Origin: an uncultured Candidatus Saccharibacteria bacterium
GTDB taxonomy: Bacteria > Patescibacteriota > Minisyncoccia > Phycocordibacterales > UBA5272
Direction: 5' to 3'
Assembly: GCA_964577675.1 (NCBI GenBank)
Contig: CAZNZQ010000003.1
Location: 3,330 to 67,329, forward strand
DNA: 64,000 nt
The position numbers were made by a program, and so were the translations under genes. Each line of letters starts with the position of its first letter. Within the stretch, counting starts at the first letter, position 1. Positions 1-8,573 of this stretch are shown in pieces. Below the pieces are notes generated by a model. That model did not search any database. It was not told where the DNA came from and saw nothing but the letters and a program-made list of their open reading frames with translations.

Positions 1-27
1 CAGAAGACAGAAGACAGAAGACAGAAG
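1..27. repeat. Tandem heptamer repeat (CAGAAGA) x ~4 at window edge
   Basis: Direct reading: cagaagacagaagacagaagacagaag. Confidence 0.8.
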
Positions 28-137
28 CGTGCGTCTTGCGTTTATTATAAAAATATGTTATTATATATACATCGACGGCAGTTGTGCCGCCGATTTTCTT
101 TTCTCAAAAAATAGAGGCTTAGGAGTTCTTTGTGCCA

Positions 138-172
138 GTAGCAGTAGCAGACGTAGCAGACGTAGCAGACGT
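138..172. repeat. Tandem 9-mer repeat (GTAGCAGAC) x3 plus partial copy
   Basis: Direct reading: gtagcag tagcagac gtagcagac gtagcagac gtc. The ORFs overlapping it (29..238, 45..314, 132..335) look spurious. Confidence 0.75.
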
Positions 173-350
173 CAAACATATGGGGGCTTTCGAACTTGCC
201 CGCCTCATTCTGAAGAATCACAAGTGCGAGCACGGTGATCCGCGAATGGTTGAGGTTGGGATGGAAGAAATGTGGGGGCGCGCGCAGGCGCACAGTCGGC
301 TGCCCATCCCTCACGATCCGAAATGTAGGTGGTAAGTTCCTCTTCCCACG

Positions 351-380
351 AAAAACGGCCTCCCCGGAGGCCGTTTTTTA
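351..380. terminator. Rho-independent-type hairpin (bidirectional) upstream of murI
   Basis: aaaaaCGGCCTCCccGGAGGCCGtttttt: GC-rich inverted repeat flanked by an A-run and a T-run. Confidence 0.6.
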
Positions 381-401
381 ATTATGTGGTAAGATGGTTC
401 G

Positions 402-1151
402 ATGTCTATTCGTATCGGAGTGTTTGATTCAGGTGTTGGTGGTCTCACTGTCCTAAAGGAAGTAGTAAAAGTTATCCCTTCTGAATATGTTTATATTGGA
501 GATACTCTCCGTGCTCCATACGGTAACAAGTCAAAAGAAGAGCTTCTTGTCTACACGAAAGAGTTATTAGTATTTCTGCAGACCAAGAACGTAGATATTT
601 TTATTAGTGCCTGCAATAGCCTATCCACGCTTGATATTATGCCGATACTAGATGAGCTTGGTATTAAGAAAGAGCAATACTTTGATATGACGATGTTCGC
701 AGAAGGTGCAAGCAGTTCTATTTCTCCTGATTCGCCACTCCTTATCTATGCGACTGAGGCGACGATACGAAGTGGTATTTATCAAGAGCTGTTTTCTTTA
801 TTTTCTCCGCAAGTCCTTGCCTCTACTAACCTCGCAAGAGCGATAGAGGATAAGCATGATATCGAGATAGACGAAGAGGTGGATGTTCTCGTTGACTATG
901 TTCTAGAGAATAATATTAAACAGGTATTTTTAGGCTGCACCCACTACCCGCTCATAGAAGACTACCTGGAGAAGAGATTTTTGGGGAGCGGCGTCACATT
1001 CATTAACCCAGCGGCGTATATTAAAAAAGTTCTCAGTGAAGTCAAGGACGGAGAGCTCAAGGTGTCGCTATTTTTTACAAAACTAACACCACAAGCAAAA
1101 GAGCTATCAGAAGAGTTTTTTGGGAGATCTGGCGAGCACATTTTATTGTAG
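402..1151 (+). CDS. murI: Glutamate racemase
   Basis: N-terminal IGVFDSGVGGLTV motif, the hallmark of MurI; 249 aa, typical length. Confidence 0.9.
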   Translation: MSIRIGVFDSGVGGLTVLKEVVKVIPSEYVYIGDTLRAPYGNKSKEELLVYTKELLVFLQTKNVDIFISACNSLSTLDIMPILDELGIKKEQYFDMTMFAEGASSSISPDSPLLIYATEATIRSGIYQELFSLFSPQVLASTNLARAIEDKHDIEIDEEVDVLVDYVLENNIKQVFLGCTHYPLIEDYLEKRFLGSGVTFINPAAYIKKVLSEVKDGELKVSLFFTKLTPQAKELSEEFFGRSGEHILL

Positions 1152-1179
1152 ACTGGGTGTTGTATGGTAGGATGCACGT

Positions 1180-1866
1180 ATGTCTAAGACGCTCTACATC
1201 GTCCCAACCCCAATAGGGAATCTCGAAGATATGACGTACCGTGCGGTGCGTATTTTGAAAGAAGTGAGTATCGTCTTTTGTGAGGATACCTCCGTTACAC
1301 ATAGATTGTTTAAGGAATACGGTATAGAGACTAAGACTTCTGTCTTTCATGCCAACTCCACAGAGCGCGACTTCAGAAGAATTATTGACGCTCTCACGGA
1401 GGGGGGTGACGTCGCTCTTGTGTCTGACGCAGGGATGCCAACCATCTCTGATCCAGGGGTTTCCATTGTGAAGCGTGTCTATGAAGAGGTGGAAGGTGTA
1501 CAGGTGGTAGCACTTCCTGGGGCGACTGCGCTTACTACAGCTCTTGCTGTATCAGGTATTTCATCTGCTACGTTTACCTTCTTTGGATTTCTCCCGCAGA
1601 AGAAGGGGAGAGAGACAGTCTTTGGAAAAATTGTTGAGAGTGAACGCGCGTCAGCCTTTTATGAGTCGGTACATAGGATAGAAAAGACACTCGAGTCTCT
1701 CAAAGAAAAGTTAGAAGATGGAAGAATGGTGGTTGTGTGTAAGGAGTTAAGTAAGATGCACGAAGAGGTGGTGAGAGGTACAGCTTCACAGGTTGCAGAC
1801 TATTTTACAGTACATAAAGATAAGATACGAGGTGAGTTCGTTGTTATAGTAGAGGGGAGGAGATAA
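1180..1866 (+). CDS. rsmI: 16S rRNA (cytidine1402-2'-O)-methyltransferase, tetrapyrrole-methylase fold
   Basis: LYIVPTPIGNLEDMTYRA...VSDAGMP...DPG matches RsmI along the whole 228-aa length. Confidence 0.9.
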   Translation: MSKTLYIVPTPIGNLEDMTYRAVRILKEVSIVFCEDTSVTHRLFKEYGIETKTSVFHANSTERDFRRIIDALTEGGDVALVSDAGMPTISDPGVSIVKRVYEEVEGVQVVALPGATALTTALAVSGISSATFTFFGFLPQKKGRETVFGKIVESERASAFYESVHRIEKTLESLKEKLEDGRMVVVCKELSKMHEEVVRGTASQVADYFTVHKDKIRGEFVVIVEGRR

Positions 1867-2048
1867 GGTTTACACAGGCTTTAAGACTGAGAGAAAGAGG
1901 ACTTTTAGACTGCGAGCCGTGGTTCGTCTGACTAATCCCTTCATGGAATCTTGCCTAGACAAGACCTGGGTTAAAATAACTATATAAAAAGCTTGAAAAG
2001 TAAGCTTTAAAACTATAAACTAGTAACTATTAACTAACAACTACCTTC

Positions 2049-2261
2049 ATGTCACCACTTGGAATCAAAAGAGCAGTAGCGGTACTCCTTGTACTCTCCC
2101 CATGGATATTCATCCCAGATCTTACTAAAGATGTTATTTTCATCTTTGCTGGAATTCTGCTTTATATAAGCACCCTAGATTTACGAAAAAAGCAGCAAGC
2201 TGTTGCCCCGCACTACCAAGAAACTGAAAGCAAACCTGTAGCGCCTGTGGTCAACTCATGA
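2049..2261 (+). CDS. Small hypothetical membrane protein
   Basis: 70-aa ORF with two hydrophobic segments, in frame-compatible position before the next gene; no recognisable motif. Confidence 0.3.
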   Translation: MSPLGIKRAVAVLLVLSPWIFIPDLTKDVIFIFAGILLYISTLDLRKKQQAVAPHYQETESKPVAPVVNS

Positions 2262-3424
2262 AGCACTATTTTATTGGTGGTGTTTTCTCGCTCATTATCT
2301 TGTTCTCTATTTTCGGCACGCCTTCATCAGTAGAAGTTTACTCCGGGTTTAGTGAAGAGGGATTAGTTACAGATAAGGAAGTGGAGGCTGTGGGTACCGC
2401 AACCACGTCCGAAGCAGTCTTAGATGAGGCAAAAAAAGTTTCTCACCTCAGTACTCCAGAAGTCCTCAAAGCCGTATACATATCAAGCTGGGTTGCGGGC
2501 ACGCCATCTGTCAGAGACAGGATTCTCGCGCTTATTGATGAGACAGAGCTAAACGCAATAGTGATTGATGTAAAAGATAACACAGGGGTCATCACCTGGG
2601 AAGAAAGAATGAAAGAAGAAGACCTGGTGAAACTTATCGAAGATCTTCATACTAAAAACGTATATGTAATAGGTCGCATAGCTGTATTCCAAGATCCTAA
2701 ATATGCAATTGCACATAAAGATCATGCAGTAAAAAAACAAGACGGCTCTCTTTGGAAAAGTAAGAAAGGTGAGTACTGGGTAGATACTGGCTCTAAGAAA
2801 AAGTGGGAAGACACATTAGCATTAAGCGAGCAAGCATACGCTCTCGGTTTTGATGAGATTAATTTAGACTACATACGCTTCTCGACAGAAGGGGTAAAAG
2901 ATAACCTGGTGTTTCCTCAAAGTGGCGCGCGAGCCGTAAACGACAGAGTCGGGGTTGTGAGTGAGTTTTATGCATATATAACCGGCGAGTTACGAAAGAG
3001 AGGGATACCAGTGTCAGGGGACGTCTTTGGGATTATCACTACATCGAGCACAGATATTCCAGTGCTCGGCCAAGACTTACATAAAGCATTAGAATACTTC
3101 GATTACGTTGCGCCTATGGTATACCCATCACACTATGCGCCAGGTACTTTTGGTTTCTCTAACCCAGCAGCCAATCCAGGTGCAGTCATCCGGGAGTCTA
3201 TGCTCGGTGCAGTGAGAATAGCAGATGAGGTGGCGAGCTCAACGGGCCAGTCCACATCCACTGTGCGTGCGAAGCTTCGCCCGTGGTATCAAGACTTTGA
3301 TATGGGCGCAACGTATACAGCTGAGATGGTGCGAGCTCAGATAGAAGCAGGTGAGAGACTTGGCATAACATCATGGATGTTGTGGGATCCGTCCAACAAG
3401 TATACGCGAGGGGCGTTGAGGTAG
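2258..3424 (+). CDS. Putative glycoside-hydrolase-like (GHL/DUF4015-type) TIM-barrel protein, N-terminal membrane anchor
   Basis: N-terminal TM segment; NAIVIDVKD...FDEINLDYIRF pattern typical of GHL/DUF4015 proteins. This is my recollection of the family signature. Confidence 0.45.
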   Translation: MKHYFIGGVFSLIILFSIFGTPSSVEVYSGFSEEGLVTDKEVEAVGTATTSEAVLDEAKKVSHLSTPEVLKAVYISSWVAGTPSVRDRILALIDETELNAIVIDVKDNTGVITWEERMKEEDLVKLIEDLHTKNVYVIGRIAVFQDPKYAIAHKDHAVKKQDGSLWKSKKGEYWVDTGSKKKWEDTLALSEQAYALGFDEINLDYIRFSTEGVKDNLVFPQSGARAVNDRVGVVSEFYAYITGELRKRGIPVSGDVFGIITTSSTDIPVLGQDLHKALEYFDYVAPMVYPSHYAPGTFGFSNPAANPGAVIRESMLGAVRIADEVASSTGQSTSTVRAKLRPWYQDFDMGATYTAEMVRAQIEAGERLGITSWMLWDPSNKYTRGALR

Positions 3425-3542
3425 ACAAGAAGACTCACAGACCTAGTTACGCGAAAGCCTAACAGTTGCAGGATACTTATCCGCTAACGGCTGCCTACTG
3501 TTTCCACTAGCAACTATTAACTATAAACTATAAACTATTCCT

Positions 3543-5348
3543 ATGTCAGATAACCAAAAAGTTACCTATCTCGGTAAGGTGGATTTTCGCAACAAAGAAC
3601 TTACCTTCGGAATCAAAGAAAAAGACCGCACGAAGCACATGTATATCATAGGTAAGTCAGGTATGGGAAAGTCTACCTTACTCGAAAATCTCGCCATACA
3701 AGACATAGAAAATGGTGAAGGTATGTGTTTTATTGATCCTCATGGATCGACCGCAGAGAAGCTACTTGATCATATCCCAGAGTCCCGTATTAAAGACGTT
3801 GTGTATTTTGCGCCATTTGATGGAGAGTGCCCGATAGGATTAAATATGCTTGAGAAGGTTCCTGCCGATAAGCGTTATTTGGTGGCGAATGGTCTTATGT
3901 CTGCATTCAAAAAGATATTTACTGACTCAGACGGCAAAGGAACGTTTTCTGCTCGTATGGAGTACGTTCTCAACAACATTATCCTTGCACTGCTTGAGAA
4001 TGAAAATCAGACACTTCTCGGTGTTAATCGAATGCTCTTTGATAAGGACTTTCGTAAATATATAGTTTCGAATGTGACTGATCCAACAGTAAGAGACTTC
4101 TGGGTAAACGAGTATGCGAACTATACCGAAAAGACGGCCCAAGATCTCGCACCTGCTATTCAGAACAAGATTGGTCAATTCGTCTCTAACCCGCTCATTA
4201 GAAATATTATTGGGCAACAGAAGACGTCATTTGATATTAGGAAAATAATGGATGAGAAGAAAATTCTCATAGTGAATCTCTCCAAGGGTAAGGTAGGTGA
4301 AGGGAATGCTAATCTTCTAGGGTCTCTTTTTATTACCAAGATTTATCTTGCTGCTATGTCGCGTGCCGATGCTGGTCCGTACGAAGTTGAAACACTCCCC
4401 CCATTTTATTTTTACGTAGATGAATTTCAGAACTTTGCCAATGAGTCGTTCGCTAGTATTCTCTCAGAAGCGCGTAAATATAAATTAGCGCTTACAGTCG
4501 CCCATCAGTACGTGGAGCAGATGACCGATGAGGTCAAATCTGCGGTGTTCGGTAACGTAGGCACCATGATTACCTTCAGAGTAGGAGCGACAGACGCTGA
4601 AGTGTTCGAAAAAGAATTCGCTCCGTACTTCATACTAGATGACTTCGTCAATCTTTCTGCATTTCAGATTTACCTGAGACTCATGATTGATAGTCAGGCG
4701 TCCAAACCTTTTTCTGCAAAGACATTAAGTCCTATCCAGAAACCTCCGCAGTCATATGTTCAGATGGTTATAGCGAACTCAAGAGCAACCTACGGCAGAC
4801 CTCGATTTGTTGTCGAAGAAGAAGTGGCCCAGTTCTATGCGCCCGTGGTTATTGAAAAGAAGAAGAAAGAAGAGCCAGTTAAAGAACCTATAAGAGAAGA
4901 AAGGAGAGAGGAGAAAAAGACAGTGATACATTCAGAGACGGCACAAAGCCCCTCAGAAAAAATTGTCAGAGTAAGAAAGATACGAGACGACACACCACTT
5001 CCACCTAGAACAATGCCTAGAAGGGTAGATCAGACAATCGTGTCCAGTGATGGGGGGAGGGCTGTTGAAGAGGCGTTCCATCGACCGCCCAGGTCTGGCG
5101 AACGAGGGAGACAAAGAAACCCTGACTCTCGCGACAGAAGAGTTGAGCAAGTAAAGGCGATAGACACACCTCTATTTGACGAGAAGCCAGCTCTTTCTCT
5201 TAAGGATGCTTTGGCTAAAGCTATGAGCGAACACACCGAAGAAAAGAGCAGAGAGGTTAAAGAAGTCCCTGTGCAAGAAAGTTCAGTTGAAGAAAAAAGA
5301 AAAAGAGAAGTAGAAGAAGAGGTGCTAAGAAAGCTCCTCGAAGAGTAA
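3543..5348 (+). CDS. FtsK/HerA-superfamily (DUF87/TraD-VirD4-like) P-loop ATPase without TM segments, with a long charged low-complexity C-terminal tail
   Basis: Walker A IIGKSGMGKST and Walker-B-like FYFYVDEFQNF. The last ~170 aa are K/E/R-rich (KKKKEEPVKEPIREERREEKK...EEKRKREVEEEVLRKLLEE). Confidence 0.5.
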   Translation: MSDNQKVTYLGKVDFRNKELTFGIKEKDRTKHMYIIGKSGMGKSTLLENLAIQDIENGEGMCFIDPHGSTAEKLLDHIPESRIKDVVYFAPFDGECPIGLNMLEKVPADKRYLVANGLMSAFKKIFTDSDGKGTFSARMEYVLNNIILALLENENQTLLGVNRMLFDKDFRKYIVSNVTDPTVRDFWVNEYANYTEKTAQDLAPAIQNKIGQFVSNPLIRNIIGQQKTSFDIRKIMDEKKILIVNLSKGKVGEGNANLLGSLFITKIYLAAMSRADAGPYEVETLPPFYFYVDEFQNFANESFASILSEARKYKLALTVAHQYVEQMTDEVKSAVFGNVGTMITFRVGATDAEVFEKEFAPYFILDDFVNLSAFQIYLRLMIDSQASKPFSAKTLSPIQKPPQSYVQMVIANSRATYGRPRFVVEEEVAQFYAPVVIEKKKKEEPVKEPIREERREEKKTVIHSETAQSPSEKIVRVRKIRDDTPLPPRTMPRRVDQTIVSSDGGRAVEEAFHRPPRSGERGRQRNPDSRDRRVEQVKAIDTPLFDEKPALSLKDALAKAMSEHTEEKSREVKEVPVQESSVEEKRKREVEEEVLRKLLEE

Positions 5349-5352
5349 TTCT

Positions 5353-6687
5353 ATGAAAAAGCTGCTACTACTTTTGACACTTTGTATAGCAAGCCAAATA
5401 AGAGCAGATGCTCTTATTGTCAATGAAATTTTTTCTAATCCAACAGGAGACGATAATGGTAGAGAATGGGTTGAGATATATAACGACACAGAAAGTCAGG
5501 TGGATCTTTCATCCCTTAGTATCTCGATAAAAGGGGGCGCACCTATAGTAGCAAGTCAGGTATCGGGAGGAACGGTACTGCTCCCTGGCGCATACGCCAT
5601 TATTGGTTCGACAGTAAGTGGCGCAACTAAGTTTTTACAAGATTATCCAACATACAGTGGAATACTTTTAAAAGCAGCAATAAGTTTAGTAAATACCGGA
5701 GTCACATCTATTGATGTCAGAGTCTCGGGGAATGTAGTAGATACAATTTCGTCTTACGCAGCAGCAAAAGAGGGTTCGAGTTATGGTAGGCAAGGCTCAG
5801 GCTCATTTGGGGTTATGAGTCCAACGCCAGGAAAAGAAAACACAGCAGCGACCACGGTAGAGACAACAGAAACAGGCACAGCGCCAACCTCAGGCACGCA
5901 GACGACTATTCCTCAGATGTCTCCGCCTCTTGCGGATATAGTTATATATTTACCAACTGAAAAGACTGTTGTTGCAGGTGCTCCAACAGTGTTTTCTTCG
6001 AGAGCACTTACTCAATCGGGTAAGACGATTGATAACATCCGTTTCGCTTGGGCCTTTGGTGATGGTGGACAGGGCGTAGGAAGCAGCACCACCTACAGTT
6101 ACTTCTACCCCGGAAGATATGTTGCATATGTCGATGCGTCTGACGGGCTCGTGGCAGGTAAGGCGAGAATGCTTGTGAAGGTGGTGGCGCCAGAGCTAGA
6201 GCTTTCTCAAATAAAAAAGTCAAAACACGGGCTATACATAGAAATCTATAACCCTAATGCATATGAGCTAGATATTTCCACATGGAAGCTTGCAATAGAT
6301 GGTTCTCAGTATGTTCTTCCGCTCAACACTGTCGTACTATCAGGCGCCACCATTCTGTCAGGAGTGTCGCTTGGCTTTGCGAGTTCGACGGTGAGCACTA
6401 GTTCGATTATCAAGTTACTATTCCCTAACAATGAAGAGGTGGCAAGAGTACTTCAGCGGGAATTTTTTGAGGTCGGAGGTGCTGCAGCTATAGTCACGGC
6501 AACATCTAATCGAGCTTCCTTGCCAATAGTTTCTGCGCCGGTAAAGATAACCCCTACAACAAAAAGGGTACAAGTTGCTCCTAAATCCATAGCAACTACA
6601 ACAATAAAAGTCACTTCGACAACAACCGTTAGTACCGATAAAAAAGACCGTAGGATTGCCGAATTTTTCCGCTCCTGGCTTAAATAA
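5353..6687 (+). CDS. Secreted protein with two lamin-tail domains (LTD) flanking a PKD-like domain
   Basis: Signal peptide MKKLLLLLTLCIASQIRA. LTD signature VNEIFSNPTGDDNGREWVEIYN and a second copy LYIEIYNPNAYELDISTWKL. PKD-like FAWAFGDGGQG...YSYFYPGRYVAYVDASDG. T/S-rich linkers. Confidence 0.65.
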   Translation: MKKLLLLLTLCIASQIRADALIVNEIFSNPTGDDNGREWVEIYNDTESQVDLSSLSISIKGGAPIVASQVSGGTVLLPGAYAIIGSTVSGATKFLQDYPTYSGILLKAAISLVNTGVTSIDVRVSGNVVDTISSYAAAKEGSSYGRQGSGSFGVMSPTPGKENTAATTVETTETGTAPTSGTQTTIPQMSPPLADIVIYLPTEKTVVAGAPTVFSSRALTQSGKTIDNIRFAWAFGDGGQGVGSSTTYSYFYPGRYVAYVDASDGLVAGKARMLVKVVAPELELSQIKKSKHGLYIEIYNPNAYELDISTWKLAIDGSQYVLPLNTVVLSGATILSGVSLGFASSTVSTSSIIKLLFPNNEEVARVLQREFFEVGGAAAIVTATSNRASLPIVSAPVKITPTTKRVQVAPKSIATTTIKVTSTTTVSTDKKDRRIAEFFRSWLK

Positions 6688-6727
6688 TAAGATGTATTTC
6701 CTTTTTTAATGGGCGTGATATAGTGGA

Positions 6728-7729
6728 ATGATGAAGACAGTTATGGTCACAGGAGGAGCTGGGTTTATTGGTAGTCATTTTATCCGACTGCTGCTCAGTG
6801 CAAAAGAAGATGTGAGGGTTATAAATGTCGATGTGCTTTCTTATGCTGGTAACTTGGAGAATTGTATCGACTACAAAGACAGCCCTCGTTATTCTTTTTA
6901 TAAAGCAGATATCGGAGATTGCGATACTATCTTGGACATTCTCAAAAAAGAGCAGGTAGATACTATTGTAAACTTTGCAGCTGAATCAGATAATAACAAA
7001 GCAATCGGGTCACCGCTTGACTTCGTGAAGACAAACGCGCTCGGTGTAGCAACTTTATTAGAAGCATCTCGAGTAGCTGAAGTTAAGAGATTTCACCACA
7101 TCTCTACATGTGAAGTATTTGGCCAACTTGATTTAGACAGTCAAGATACTTTTACTGAAAATTCTGCGTACAACCCAAGAACTCCATACAACGCCTCAAA
7201 AGCGGCGGGGGATCACATTGTCATGAGCTATTATCACACCTATAATCTACCTGTCACGATAAGCTATTGTGCCAATAATTACGGTACGCACCAATTCCCA
7301 GAAAAGGTAATTCCTGTGTTTGTTGCTAAAGTTGTGGAAGGACAGGCGATTCCTATTTTTGCTTCGAGTGGTAATAAACGAGAGTGGATTCATGTTGCAG
7401 ACCACTGTAGGGCGATTCTAGCGATACTAGAACGTGGGACAATTGGTGAAAAGTATAATATTGGAACAGGGGTTGAGAAGTCTGTTATGGAAATAGCAGA
7501 TACTGTTATCGCAGCGCTAGGTAGAGGAGAAGAACTGAAGCAGATTGTTCCGGACAGAAAGGGTCACGACTCACGGTACCTGCTTGATTCTTCAAAGATA
7601 AGAAATGAACTCGGTTGGAAACCAGAGATTACTTTTGAAGAAGGGATTAAAGACGTCGTCAATTGGTATGTGACTAATGAAAGCTGGTGGAAGCCTCTGT
7701 TAGAAAAATCTCATTCTTGGAATAAATAA
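6728..7729 (+). CDS. rmlB: dTDP-glucose 4,6-dehydratase
   Basis: VTGGAGFIGSHF Rossmann motif, catalytic YNASKAAGDH (YxxxK), ~333 aa, followed by rmlD-like and rmlA genes. Confidence 0.85.
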   Translation: MMKTVMVTGGAGFIGSHFIRLLLSAKEDVRVINVDVLSYAGNLENCIDYKDSPRYSFYKADIGDCDTILDILKKEQVDTIVNFAAESDNNKAIGSPLDFVKTNALGVATLLEASRVAEVKRFHHISTCEVFGQLDLDSQDTFTENSAYNPRTPYNASKAAGDHIVMSYYHTYNLPVTISYCANNYGTHQFPEKVIPVFVAKVVEGQAIPIFASSGNKREWIHVADHCRAILAILERGTIGEKYNIGTGVEKSVMEIADTVIAALGRGEELKQIVPDRKGHDSRYLLDSSKIRNELGWKPEITFEEGIKDVVNWYVTNESWWKPLLEKSHSWNK

Positions 7730-7730
7730 T

Positions 7731-8573
7731 ATGAAAGTCTACATACTCGGAGCTAGTGGTTTTATGGGAGAGAAGTGTGCTGATTATTTTAAAAGCAAAG
7801 GCCATGAAGTATTTACTGAGCGGGTAGACATAACTGACGTCACAGCCTTAAGAAGCGCTTTTGAAAAGTCTTCGCCAGATGTTGTCATTAGCTTCGCAGG
7901 AGTTCGTGCGCACCCAACCATCGACTGGTGTGAAGATCATAAGGAAGAAACAGTGGCAGTGAATGTCGGAGGCGCTATTAATGTTGCTCTGATAGCGATA
8001 GAGAAGGGGATATATCCGATACAGATAGCAAGCGGTTGTATTTACTCTGGCGATGAACATAGAGCGTTCACCGAAGAAGATGAGCCTAACTTTACAGGAA
8101 GCTTCTACTCCCGCATGAGAATCGTCATGCAGAACGCTTTGAAGGAGCTCCCTGTGCTACAGGTTCGTATCAGAATGCCAATATCAATGTCAGCTCACCC
8201 AAGGAATCTTATTACAAAGATTGCTTCGTATAAGAAGGTGATATCAGTACTGAATTCCGTCACCCTGATAGAAGATATGTTTGTTGCTCTCGAAAAGCTT
8301 TGTGAGATGCGCCCAACTGGAATACTTAACCTCACTAACGATGGATATGTAACTCACAGCAATCTACTTTCTGTCTACAAGAAAATCGTCGACCCTACTC
8401 ATGAGTACGAACTAATTGATGTAAAAGAATTAGAAACAAAAGTAATAAAAGCTGGAAGAAGTAACTGTGTCCTCTCAAATATAAAAATGAAGTCACTCAG
8501 TATACAGATGCCAGCACTCGATGAAAAGAGACTGGCTGAGCTTTTGGAGCACTATAAAACGACACTACAATGA
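7731..8573 (+). CDS. dTDP-4-dehydro-6-deoxyhexose reductase (RmlD-like)
   Basis: ILGASGFMG N-terminus, 280 aa, translationally coupled between rmlB and rmlA; RmlD-family architecture. Confidence 0.65.
   Translation: MKVYILGASGFMGEKCADYFKSKGHEVFTERVDITDVTALRSAFEKSSPDVVISFAGVRAHPTIDWCEDHKEETVAVNVGGAINVALIAIEKGIYPIQIASGCIYSGDEHRAFTEEDEPNFTGSFYSRMRIVMQNALKELPVLQVRIRMPISMSAHPRNLITKIASYKKVISVLNSVTLIEDMFVALEKLCEMRPTGILNLTNDGYVTHSNLLSVYKKIVDPTHEYELIDVKELETKVIKAGRSNCVLSNIKMKSLSIQMPALDEKRLAELLEHYKTTLQ

Noticed and set aside
1-172. Possible CRISPR array at the window start
   Set aside because: Repeat units are 7 and 9 nt and directly tandem, with no spacers. CRISPR repeats are ~24-48 nt and separated by unique spacers. 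No cas genes are nearby.
45-335. ORFs 29..238, 45..314 and 132..335 overlapping the tandem-repeat region
   Set aside because: Translations are low-complexity repeat products (SRRSRRSRR, VCYVCYVCY) generated by the DNA repeats. There is no coding signal, and a terminator hairpin follows.
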